Positions 1 through 7,627 of a DNA stretch of 64,000 nt are shown here, in pieces. A program made the translations under genes and the position numbers. How positions within the stretch are numbered: position 1 is the first letter of the stretch; every line of letters starts with the position of its first letter. The DNA is from a virus. Under the pieces are notes generated by a model. It did no database searches, was not told the origin of the DNA, and was given only the letters and a program-made list of their open reading frames with translations. The stretch spans positions 14,806 to 78,805 of the IMG/VR virus record IMGVR_UViG_3300035698_008781; one strand, written 5' to 3'.

Positions 1-181
1 TCATCATAACCCAATCGCCTACTTCAATACCTTGAACATCAGGACCTATAACCATTACTTGCTGTATTTCTTTAATCTCAGGTGCTTGTTTACCTACATA
101 AATTGCACTTTTTTCTTTCTTTACTAAATTACTTGTTACTAAAATATAACTTCCTCTTGGTATAAAATTTACTTTACTCAT
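1..181 (-). CDS. GroES/Cpn10-like co-chaperonin (runs off window start)
   Basis: Not in ORF track. ATG at 181-179 reads MSKVNFIPRGSYILV...VMVIGPDVQGIEVGDWVMM, matching the GroES pattern (F.P....LV; V.VG.....VGD.V). Confidence 0.65.
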   Translation of the reverse strand, partial: MSKVNFIPRGSYILVTSNLVKKEKSAIYVGKQAPEIKEIQQVMVIGPDVQGIEVGDWVMM

Positions 182-461
182 CTTCTTTATTATTTAATCT
201 ATTTAATTTATTTTGTGTTAATCTTTTTAATTTTTGTACTTTATTCCATGTGGTAAAAAACTTACCAATATACTTGAAATAAAATGTTGTTTTTAATGCA
301 TCAAATTCTTCTTTAGTTTCTATAGTCTTTAAAGGTAGTTCGCTAACTATTTTTCTATAAAATTTAAACTGACTATTAAACATATCCTCTACTATACTTT
401 CAGGAAGATTATATTTACGTGCTACTTCTTTAATTTTATATTTAAATTTTATATTAACCAT
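174..461 (-). CDS. HU/IHF-like DNA-binding protein
   Basis: IKEVARKYNLPESIVEDMFNS...FKYIGKF resembles the HU/IHF helix-turn-helix plus beta arm. Confidence 0.55.
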   Translation of the reverse strand: MVNIKFKYKIKEVARKYNLPESIVEDMFNSQFKFYRKIVSELPLKTIETKEEFDALKTTFYFKYIGKFFTTWNKVQKLKRLTQNKLNRLNNKEDE

Positions 462-840
462 TTATTTCAAATTTATATATTAATGAAAAATTATTTGAAT
501 TTTCTAAATCAAATACTGGTACAAATGATTTATTTACTTTATTACCTATAATTACTTTTTCTTTTCTTAACTTATATAATAAGTTATTAAATATCTGATC
601 TGATTTAATATTCATTTTATCTTTGATTTTAGATTTTGTATCATAATCAAAAGTTAATTTCCAAGCTAAATTATCATCTGATATTTCTTTTTTAAATTTA
701 AAATAATTATATAATAACAATGCTACAAGTTCTAATTTTTGATTAGTTAACTTATGTAGTGGTTTAGTTAATACTAACCAATGTTTGAAAAAGTTTTTTT
801 CATTTGTTTTAATTAATGCTTGTTTTGTGTTCATAGCCAT
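454..840 (-). CDS. hypothetical protein, possible winged helix
   Basis: 128-aa ORF overlapping its neighbours in an operon. Confidence 0.6.
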   Translation of the reverse strand: MAMNTKQALIKTNEKNFFKHWLVLTKPLHKLTNQKLELVALLLYNYFKFKKEISDDNLAWKLTFDYDTKSKIKDKMNIKSDQIFNNLLYKLRKEKVIIGNKVNKSFVPVFDLENSNNFSLIYKFEING

Positions 841-1133
841 CTATTAGGATATTTGTTTAAATAATGGAATATTGTTTTATGAACTTCCACTTCATTTATA
901 CTGTTTTTACATAAAGGACATATATCATTTCCTTCTTCATCAATTACTAATGCTAAATTTTGACAATGTATGCATGATATAACAGGTTCACTATCATAAT
1001 CAGTATCATCATCTATTTTATTTTTAATAATATCTATAATTTCAGTATCAATAATTGGAAAAGGACTTAAATTATTTATTTTTTTAAAATAATTATATAA
1101 TCTTTCCATTTCATTTTTTTTTATTTTACTCAT
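831..1133 (-). CDS. zinc-ribbon protein
   Basis: CIHC...CPLC. Confidence 0.6.
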   Translation of the reverse strand: MSKIKKNEMERLYNYFKKINNLSPFPIIDTEIIDIIKNKIDDDTDYDSEPVISCIHCQNLALVIDEEGNDICPLCKNSINEVEVHKTIFHYLNKYPNRWL

Positions 1134-1308
1134 TGTATACTTTTATTTCTAAGAGCCATTCACTATCTATATACTCTTGCTTAATATATAATTTATATTT
1201 TAAACGTTTAAGTAGTTTAGATAATGATATGACAATTTCATTTCTTTTATTTCTTAATTGATCTTCAGTTGTAAACTTATTTACGTACTGTACTATTCCA
1301 TTCATCAT
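1126..1308 (-). CDS. hypothetical protein
   Basis: 60-aa ORF coupled to its neighbour. Confidence 0.5.
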   Translation of the reverse strand: MMNGIVQYVNKFTTEDQLRNKRNEIVISLSKLLKRLKYKLYIKQEYIDSEWLLEIKVYNE

Positions 1309-1328
1309 TCCAATATATAAATTCTTCG

Positions 1329-1997
1329 TTATTTTTCATTTTCTAAATAATTAATTATTTTAGTTAATACTGGATTTCTATGATTAGCTACTAATGTTTT
1401 AAAACCTACTAATCCTGAATCCTCTAATCTTAATGCTGCACTAATACAACTGTTTTTTCCAAGTAATCTTGATATTTGTTGTTTAGAACCACAAAAAATC
1501 ATTTTACTACCTTCACCTAATCTAGTTAATATAGTTCTGAAATCTTCATAATCCATATCTTGGAATTCATCTACAATAACAACTGACTTCATAAATGTAA
1601 CACCTTTAGCTACTTCAATTGGCATAATTTTAATTAAACCTTCCTTAACCATTTTATCAGTAGTTTCTTTACCTTGACATACTTCTAAGTTTTGAATAAT
1701 AGGGAATATATAAGGTGATAATTTATCTTCAATCTCACCAGGTAATGCTCCTAAGTTATTCTTTAACATAGGTCTTGTAATCCAAATGTTATTAAACTGT
1801 TTTTTTCTAAATGCAGTAACTGCTGTGTGCACTGCTGCTAATGACTTACCTGAACCAAAATCCCCTAATAAAAAGTTAACATCATATTCATAAAACATTC
1901 TAACAAAATCTTTTTGTTCTTCGTTAAGAGTAACTTGTAATTTAGGTTCACTTTTTAAACCTCTTTTGTCCATATTATCTTTCTTATATGTAGCCAT
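1329..1997 (-). CDS. phoH: PhoH-like ATPase
   Basis: Walker A GDFGSGKS, ITRP, LGALPG, IVDEFQD, LTRLGEGSK, HRNP motifs. Confidence 0.92.
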   Translation of the reverse strand: MATYKKDNMDKRGLKSEPKLQVTLNEEQKDFVRMFYEYDVNFLLGDFGSGKSLAAVHTAVTAFRKKQFNNIWITRPMLKNNLGALPGEIEDKLSPYIFPIIQNLEVCQGKETTDKMVKEGLIKIMPIEVAKGVTFMKSVVIVDEFQDMDYEDFRTILTRLGEGSKMIFCGSKQQISRLLGKNSCISAALRLEDSGLVGFKTLVANHRNPVLTKIINYLENEK

Positions 1998-2281
1998 TAA
2001 ATATTATTTTTAATTTTAAATTCCTCCCATTCTTTTCTATTCGTTATATCTGGAAACCTTTCTGGATTACAACTTGTTAAATTAAATACTTTACCAGGAA
2101 AATCACATCCACATTTTATACAACAACCTTGTTTAGCACAATCATTTTTACATAAAAATAATCTATACTTAATTTGTTCTTGTTGATGTGGTGGTAAACC
2201 TACTAATTTATCTTTAATTAATCTACCGTAACCTTCAAAAAAGTTATATATATTATTCCATGTTATCTTCTTGCTCATCAA
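1997..2281 (-). CDS. Cys-rich hypothetical protein
   Basis: CKNDC...CCIKCGC...C. Confidence 0.6.
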   Translation of the reverse strand: MMSKKITWNNIYNFFEGYGRLIKDKLVGLPPHQQEQIKYRLFLCKNDCAKQGCCIKCGCDFPGKVFNLTSCNPERFPDITNRKEWEEFKIKNNI

Positions 2282-2471
2282 CTTTTTTCTTTAAGTGTTC
2301 TATATAGTCTTTCATTGCAAAGTAAAATATTTCTCTTTCAGTCTGAAAAGAATTTTTACTTCTTTTAGAATTATTAAATGGTCTATTTAATTTATTACCA
2401 TATTCATCAATATTACCTTTCTTTAATTTTCTACTAATACTTTGTCCTTTATTATTTACCCCTTTACCCAT
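2253..2471 (-). CDS. hypothetical basic protein
   Basis: 72-aa ORF in operon. Confidence 0.55.
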   Translation of the reverse strand: MGKGVNNKGQSISRKLKKGNIDEYGNKLNRPFNNSKRSKNSFQTEREIFYFAMKDYIEHLKKKVDEQEDNME

Positions 2472-2479
2472 TGTGTTTA

Positions 2480-2647
2480 TTAAAAATTAATAATTATATT
2501 CATAAATAAGAATCCTATAATTAATCTAGCTCCTTCATAACTATCTACTACTTCATCTGTTTCAGGATCTATTTCATCATATATTCCTTGTTCATAATGT
2601 ATACCTAAAGTACACTCATCTTTGTTAAAAAATTCTATGTTTATCAT
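2480..2647 (-). CDS. small hypothetical protein (55 aa)
   Basis: Below track cut-off: MINIEFFNKDECTLGIHYEQ...IIGFLFMNIIINF; first gene after the 2668-2699 promoter. Confidence 0.5.
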   Translation of the reverse strand: MINIEFFNKDECTLGIHYEQGIYDEIDPETDEVVDSYEGARLIIGFLFMNIIINF

Positions 2648-2667
2648 ATGTTTAAATATTTATAGTA

Positions 2668-2699
2668 CAAATATATATTAAATATTTTACAATTCCAAA
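2668..2699 (-). promoter_or_regulatory. Bacteroidetes housekeeping-sigma promoter
   Basis: Minus strand TTTG-N20-TATATTTG (consensus TTTG / TAnnTTTG). Confidence 0.75.
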
Positions 2700-2721
2700 T
2701 ATTTTGTTAATTATTTTAAAT

Positions 2722-2754
2722 AAAAAAACCTGTAACTAATAAAAGCACAGGTTT
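2722..2754 (-). terminator. intrinsic terminator
   Basis: AAACCTGT/ACAGGTTT stem followed by a U run on the minus strand. Confidence 0.65.
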
Positions 2755-3078
2755 AGTCTTTATAATAACTATATAAGTTATATAAATTATATTAAAACTT
2801 TATTATCTAATAGATATAAGAACCCCTGGTCATGTGCTGGTATTGCACCGACAGGTAAATTTTATATGACTTTCCTTTTAACAGTTCTGCTTATAATAAG
2901 CTACCCAGAATTACTTTAAAAACCATTCCCTTATAGGTACATGTAATTCAATTAAAAGATTATAGTCATATCAGGACTACCTAGATTCAAACATTCTTAT
3001 ATTACCTTCATGCACCTACGCCCTTACTTGTTCAAGGTGATAGCTTTAGGTTGACATTTCATACAATAAGAATTATGT
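2722..3078 (-). ncRNA. candidate structured ncRNA (~350 nt)
   Basis: ORF-free unit between a consensus promoter and a terminator, with several nested helices. Confidence 0.5.
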
Positions 3079-3082
3079 TTTG

Positions 3083-3114
3083 CAAATATACAACATTATT
3101 TTGTAAAAAGCAAA
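3083..3114 (-). promoter_or_regulatory. Bacteroidetes housekeeping-sigma promoter
   Basis: Minus strand TTTG-N20-TATATTTG. Confidence 0.75.
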
Positions 3115-3128
3115 TTTATTTACAGATG

Positions 3129-3329
3129 TTAAATAGCTAACACGTTAATAGTTTCAGATGCTAATATAACATTATCATCATAATTAGAGAATAATAATAA
3201 TCTCAATCTCTCATATTCTTCATCATTTATTATCTCAGACTTACATAATAATATTAATTTAGTTGTAGCTTCGTTTCTAATATTAAATAGTTTAGTTGGA
3301 TATCTCATTTTATCAATATTACTTTTCAT
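3129..3329 (-). CDS. small protein with L..S.D..N..LA motif
   Basis: C-terminal LLFSNYDDNVILASETI. Confidence 0.55.
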   Translation of the reverse strand: MKSNIDKMRYPTKLFNIRNEATTKLILLCKSEIINDEEYERLRLLLFSNYDDNVILASETINVLAI

Positions 3330-3559
3330 TACATATATGTTTTAAGTATTTCTATTGCTAGTGAACAATTAAGTTCATCTTTAGATTCTATAAGAGTTCT
3401 TATTTCATCAGTCTTATATTCTTTAAAGTATTTCCTAACTCCAAACATAAACTCTGATTCTAATTCATCTAACATGTGTTTAGCTTTTGTATATTTAGAT
3501 TTCCATATAACATTATTAATATTTATAGTAGGAAATTTTTCACATTCTTCTGTTATCAT
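3329..3559 (-). CDS. small protein with L..S.D..N..LA motif
   Basis: C-terminal LIESKDELNCSLAIEIL. Confidence 0.6.
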   Translation of the reverse strand: MITEECEKFPTININNVIWKSKYTKAKHMLDELESEFMFGVRKYFKEYKTDEIRTLIESKDELNCSLAIEILKTYM

Positions 3560-3578
3560 ATATTCTTATTTAATATAG

Positions 3579-3610
3579 CTAAGATAATACTAATAAATGA
3601 GAATTCCAAA
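3579..3610 (-). promoter_or_regulatory. Bacteroidetes-type promoter (near consensus)
   Basis: Minus strand TTTG-N20-TATCTTAG. Confidence 0.55.
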
Positions 3611-3745
3611 TTTTTTTAATTTTTTTAAAATTTTCTTTCTTGAATACGTGACATAAACTAACAAACCCACCCCACTCTTTTTAAATTTTGTATAGTCCCC
3701 GCCATAGGACTACAATAGTTATAAAAACACTTAAATCATTTTATT

Positions 3746-4216
3746 ATGTCAAGATTAGACCAACAAGGAGCAATGCGTATCTTAAAAAGCAACGTAGTAG
3801 TATCAGTAGGAGTTACTGCAAGCGTAAGAGTATCTAACGTTACAACACGTAACGGAAAAACAGGTAGACCATTCTTATGGGAAGACACTAAAGAACCTTA
3901 CGCAATAGCTAACTTTCAAGCTATGAATAACTATGGTGCTTCTAAAGCATTAGAGCAATTCAAAGCAGGTAGCTTTGACGATTGTGTAAACAACAATCTA
4001 TCAGCAAGAGTTACAATGGAACAAGCTGAACAGTTACAAAAGTCTTTGTATGCTACAATTGAAGTAGCACCTGCAGAGCTTAAAGACGGTTCATTTGCTG
4101 ATTTAATTCGTAAGGTTATTCCTAACGAACCAATAGTTGCAAAGAATTTCAGCTTTGGAAAAGAAAATGTTAATGAAGAAACTTCTACACCTGCAACAGC
4201 AGACGAAAAGTTCTAA
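3746..4216 (+). CDS. hypothetical protein, first gene of the plus-strand block
   Basis: 156-aa ORF with acidic tail and its own terminator. Confidence 0.8.
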   Translation: MSRLDQQGAMRILKSNVVVSVGVTASVRVSNVTTRNGKTGRPFLWEDTKEPYAIANFQAMNNYGASKALEQFKAGSFDDCVNNNLSARVTMEQAEQLQKSLYATIEVAPAELKDGSFADLIRKVIPNEPIVAKNFSFGKENVNEETSTPATADEKF

Positions 4217-4234
4217 TTAACACACATTAAGATT

Positions 4235-4261
4235 GAGCCTTAACAGGCTCTTTCTTTTTTT
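4235..4261 (+). terminator. intrinsic terminator
   Basis: GAGCCT-TAAC-AGGCTC followed by a T run. Confidence 0.8.
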
Positions 4262-4318
4262 ATGGTAAGTATTGTCAACCACAAACCCACTGCAGAGCTA
4301 CACTGTAACACTGATAGG

Positions 4319-4377
4319 TAATCAGTATAATGTAGACTACTGAAATACACTTAATCAGAATAATGTAGACTACTGAA
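4319..4377 (+). repeat. 26-bp direct repeat, 2 copies
   Basis: TAATCAG(T/A)ATAATGTAGACTACTGAA at 4319-4344 and 4352-4377. Confidence 0.8.
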
Positions 4378-4399
4378 TTATTAATTTTAAACTAACACA

Positions 4400-4603
4400 A
4401 TGAAAATAAACTATAAACTATGGGAGTTATGGTTTGTACTATCTGCAATATTGTTTACTACAATGTTATTTATAGGTACAATTGAGAACTCAAGAGAATT
4501 CTGCCCACATTGGGTTGAAATTACATTAACAATAATTGTTAACCTATTAATATGTATAGGTGTGGGAATTTATGGTGATTATGATGATGATTTATCGTTG
4601 TAA
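4400..4603 (+). CDS. small membrane protein
   Basis: Two hydrophobic segments. Confidence 0.55.
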   Translation: MKINYKLWELWFVLSAILFTTMLFIGTIENSREFCPHWVEITLTIIVNLLICIGVGIYGDYDDDLSL

Positions 4604-4719
4604 GTTGTTGATTGTGTGGGACTAACAACAATCCCTACAATAATCACTCTATCCGCTCAATTAAAAACTAACTATGCTATTATTATAGCTAACATATTAT
4701 ATCTTAAACTTAATTTACA

Positions 4720-4923
4720 ATGAAAACATTTTATTTAATATTAACATTTATATTCTTCGTATTAACTATTTTAGCATTGGTTACATTTATACTACTTTGG
4801 ATTTCTCCAATAATTATAAATTATAGAATCACATTTATGTGGATATCTGTAGCTGAGATAATCATGTTCGCATGGGTTACTGTACTAGGTATTAAAAACA
4901 TATCTAATATACTAGATAATTAG
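4720..4923 (+). CDS. small membrane protein
   Basis: Two hydrophobic segments. Confidence 0.55.
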   Translation: MKTFYLILTFIFFVLTILALVTFILLWISPIIINYRITFMWISVAEIIMFAWVTVLGIKNISNILDN

Positions 4924-5164
4924 GTATTGAAGGAAAATAACAATCTTTTAGTTAACTAGAGATAACTTCAAAGGTTAACTATAATAAATTAAACTAACAA
5001 ACAATTGCTACACTGTTGTCCTATGAAATAATTAGGTTAACGAAGAAAGAGTAAACATAAAACAGTCAATTGTAATTATTAACTAACAAATTAAATTAAT
5101 CAAATACATAGAAGAATGGATAGTATTGCTGAAGTAGTGAATAACTATTAAACTTAAAAAAAAC

Positions 5165-5359
5165 ATGGGAAAGACTATATTACACACTGAAAAAGCGAAG
5201 TATAATCGAGGAGATAAAACGTCTCAAAGCCTAGAGAATTATTTTAACAGGTCTAATAACAACTTAGGAAGATATAGATCTTTAAAAAAGATAAAAATGG
5301 AAAAAATCATATCAAAAGACTTAGACATACAGCTAAGAGAGATATTAAAAGAAACATAA
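5165..5359 (+). CDS. hypothetical protein
   Basis: 64-aa ORF. Confidence 0.5.
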   Translation: MGKTILHTEKAKYNRGDKTSQSLENYFNRSNNNLGRYRSLKKIKMEKIISKDLDIQLREILKET

Positions 5360-5380
5360 TATGAAAAAACTTATAAAATT

Positions 5381-5566
5381 ATGAAAACAATAGTAACTTG
5401 GCTACACAGTATATTAACTTTCTTTAGTTTTTTTATACTACTATCATTTTTAAGCAATTCTAATACAACAAAAGACCAAGTTTTAATTGCCTTGAGTATT
5501 TATAATTATTGTCTTGTTATTGCAATAGTATTAATTAACTCTACAATAAAAGATGAAAACAAATAA
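5381..5566 (+). CDS. small membrane protein
   Basis: Two hydrophobic segments. Confidence 0.5.
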   Translation: MKTIVTWLHSILTFFSFFILLSFLSNSNTTKDQVLIALSIYNYCLVIAIVLINSTIKDENK

Positions 5567-5840
5567 AGATAACTACTTTGAAGTAGAATACAATGGACAA
5601 AGAGGATTTGTTCTTGTTAGTGATGAAGAAATTAAAAATGATGTAACTTGTTTATATCATAATAGGTTTGGGAGTTTAATTATTTGTACTTCTAAAAAGA
5701 CAAAAAACGGTTTTGTATACCAAGAAGAAAATGAAACTTATGGACATCCTGATGGGGGAATAACTCCTTTAAAAAATGAAATATCAAAAATCATAGGTTC
5801 TACATTTGAATTAGAAGGTGTTCCTTTAATTGTTTTGTAA
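5553..5840 (+). CDS. hypothetical protein
   Basis: 95-aa ORF. Confidence 0.6.
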   Translation: MKTNKDNYFEVEYNGQRGFVLVSDEEIKNDVTCLYHNRFGSLIICTSKKTKNGFVYQEENETYGHPDGGITPLKNEISKIIGSTFELEGVPLIVL

Positions 5841-5958
5841 AATGAATCAAAATCATTCAAACAATCATAAATTACTTACAAATATACTACTTATTGTAGC
5901 ATTAATATGTATAGTATTAACAATAATTAACTAATATTAACAATTAAATTACAAAAAG

Positions 5959-7623
5959 ATGTTTAACAGCAAACAAAAACAATTATTTAGCAAAAATAAA
6001 AAAACACAAATATCTGGTAATGTATTTATAACAGAAGCTACTAAATCTACATCAGTAACAAGAAGTGAAAACGGTGCTAAAAAATATACTACAACAGGTA
6101 GTGAATTTGTGGATCAATTTAGTAATTTAGGTAACTATAAAACACCTAGATCATTCGCAGATATATCAAGAGATATGTCGACATTATGGGCTATTAATCC
6201 TTTTATGACAGTTGCATTTACATTATTCATTAGAATAATCACTAGAACAACTATGTTATTTACAGGAAAAAAAACTGAAACTACTCAAAGAGGTGCTGGA
6301 TTAAGGTATGAAGGTATAATGAGAATGATGTGGTTACATATATATCATAAAGATATATTTTGGAATAACATTCATCTATTTATATCAGCAGGTTCTTGGA
6401 AAGATATTATTATGATGTTATCATATGATTTACAATATAATGGTTGGGATAAACGACAATTAGATTGGAATCAATTTGGTAAATTAATATTATCTGGATT
6501 AGAAAATCCAAATCATTCTGAATTGATTAAAAAGTATTTACCTCAAATTAAATCAAATAATAAATGTAATACATTAGAAGCTCAAGCTGATAATATAATT
6601 GCTAAATGGATTTGTTCATTATTATTTGGTGAAAAAGATAATGCAAATACTTATAAAAAATATAGAATGTTAAAATCTAAAGGTACAGCTCACCAATGGC
6701 AACAATTAATATCACAAAGTAAACACAACCTTGTTGATTTTAATACAGTACATGGTAGAGCATTATCATTATTAGTATCTGGTAAGTATTTAACTAATCA
6801 AGGCTTAGAATCTAAATATCAAGAATTTATTGAATCTAAACCAATTGCTAAATATACAGGATATGTACATGAATTATTTGAAAAAATAACTCATTCAATG
6901 CCTAAATATCAAATAGATACTTTAAACTCACAATTTAAAGGTTTAGTAGAAACCGCTAAAACAAATGCTACTACAACTACAGGAATGATAGTTGTAAGAG
7001 ATACTTCAGCTAGCATGAGTTCTTTAGCAATAGGTACTAAAACGTCTTGTGGTAATGTAGCAAAAGCATTAGCATTATTCTTTAATGAAATGTTACCTGA
7101 TGGTGTATTTAGTAATAATTGGATAGAATTTAATTCAACTGCTAAAATGTATCAATGGAATGGTTCAACACCTTATGAAAAATGGGTAAATGATAGATCA
7201 AGTTATATTGGGGATACAAACTTTCAATCTGTAATAGATTTATTATGTTCTATTAAGTCTAAAGATATTGATGAATCAGAATTTCCATCAGGTATTATTT
7301 GCATTAGTGATATGGAATTCAATCCATCATCATTAAATCAAACAAATGTTTCAAGTGCTTTAGATAAATTAAGAGGGGTTGGTTTTTCAGACCAATATAT
7401 TAATAATTTTAAAATAGTACTATGGGATTTAGGAAGAAAAAATAAACAAACTAAGTTTGAAACATATGATAATGTTAAAAATACATTCTATTTTAGTGGA
7501 TTTGATGGTTCAATAATGGCATTCTTAACAGGTGTTGAAGGTGCTGAAATGACTCCTCAAAATGCTCAAGAATTATTTAATGCTTCAATGGATCAAGAAT
7601 TAATGCAAATGATTCAATTATGA
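5959..7623 (+). CDS. DUF2828-type TROVE/Ro60-like protein with C-terminal VWA domain
   Basis: Helical N-terminal region (RGAGLR, GSWKD, IAKW) plus VWA MIDAS VVRDTSASM, GDTNF, IICISDMEFN, FSGFD. Confidence 0.75.
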   Translation: MFNSKQKQLFSKNKKTQISGNVFITEATKSTSVTRSENGAKKYTTTGSEFVDQFSNLGNYKTPRSFADISRDMSTLWAINPFMTVAFTLFIRIITRTTMLFTGKKTETTQRGAGLRYEGIMRMMWLHIYHKDIFWNNIHLFISAGSWKDIIMMLSYDLQYNGWDKRQLDWNQFGKLILSGLENPNHSELIKKYLPQIKSNNKCNTLEAQADNIIAKWICSLLFGEKDNANTYKKYRMLKSKGTAHQWQQLISQSKHNLVDFNTVHGRALSLLVSGKYLTNQGLESKYQEFIESKPIAKYTGYVHELFEKITHSMPKYQIDTLNSQFKGLVETAKTNATTTTGMIVVRDTSASMSSLAIGTKTSCGNVAKALALFFNEMLPDGVFSNNWIEFNSTAKMYQWNGSTPYEKWVNDRSSYIGDTNFQSVIDLLCSIKSKDIDESEFPSGIICISDMEFNPSSLNQTNVSSALDKLRGVGFSDQYINNFKIVLWDLGRKNKQTKFETYDNVKNTFYFSGFDGSIMAFLTGVEGAEMTPQNAQELFNASMDQELMQMIQL

Positions 7624-7627
7624 TATA

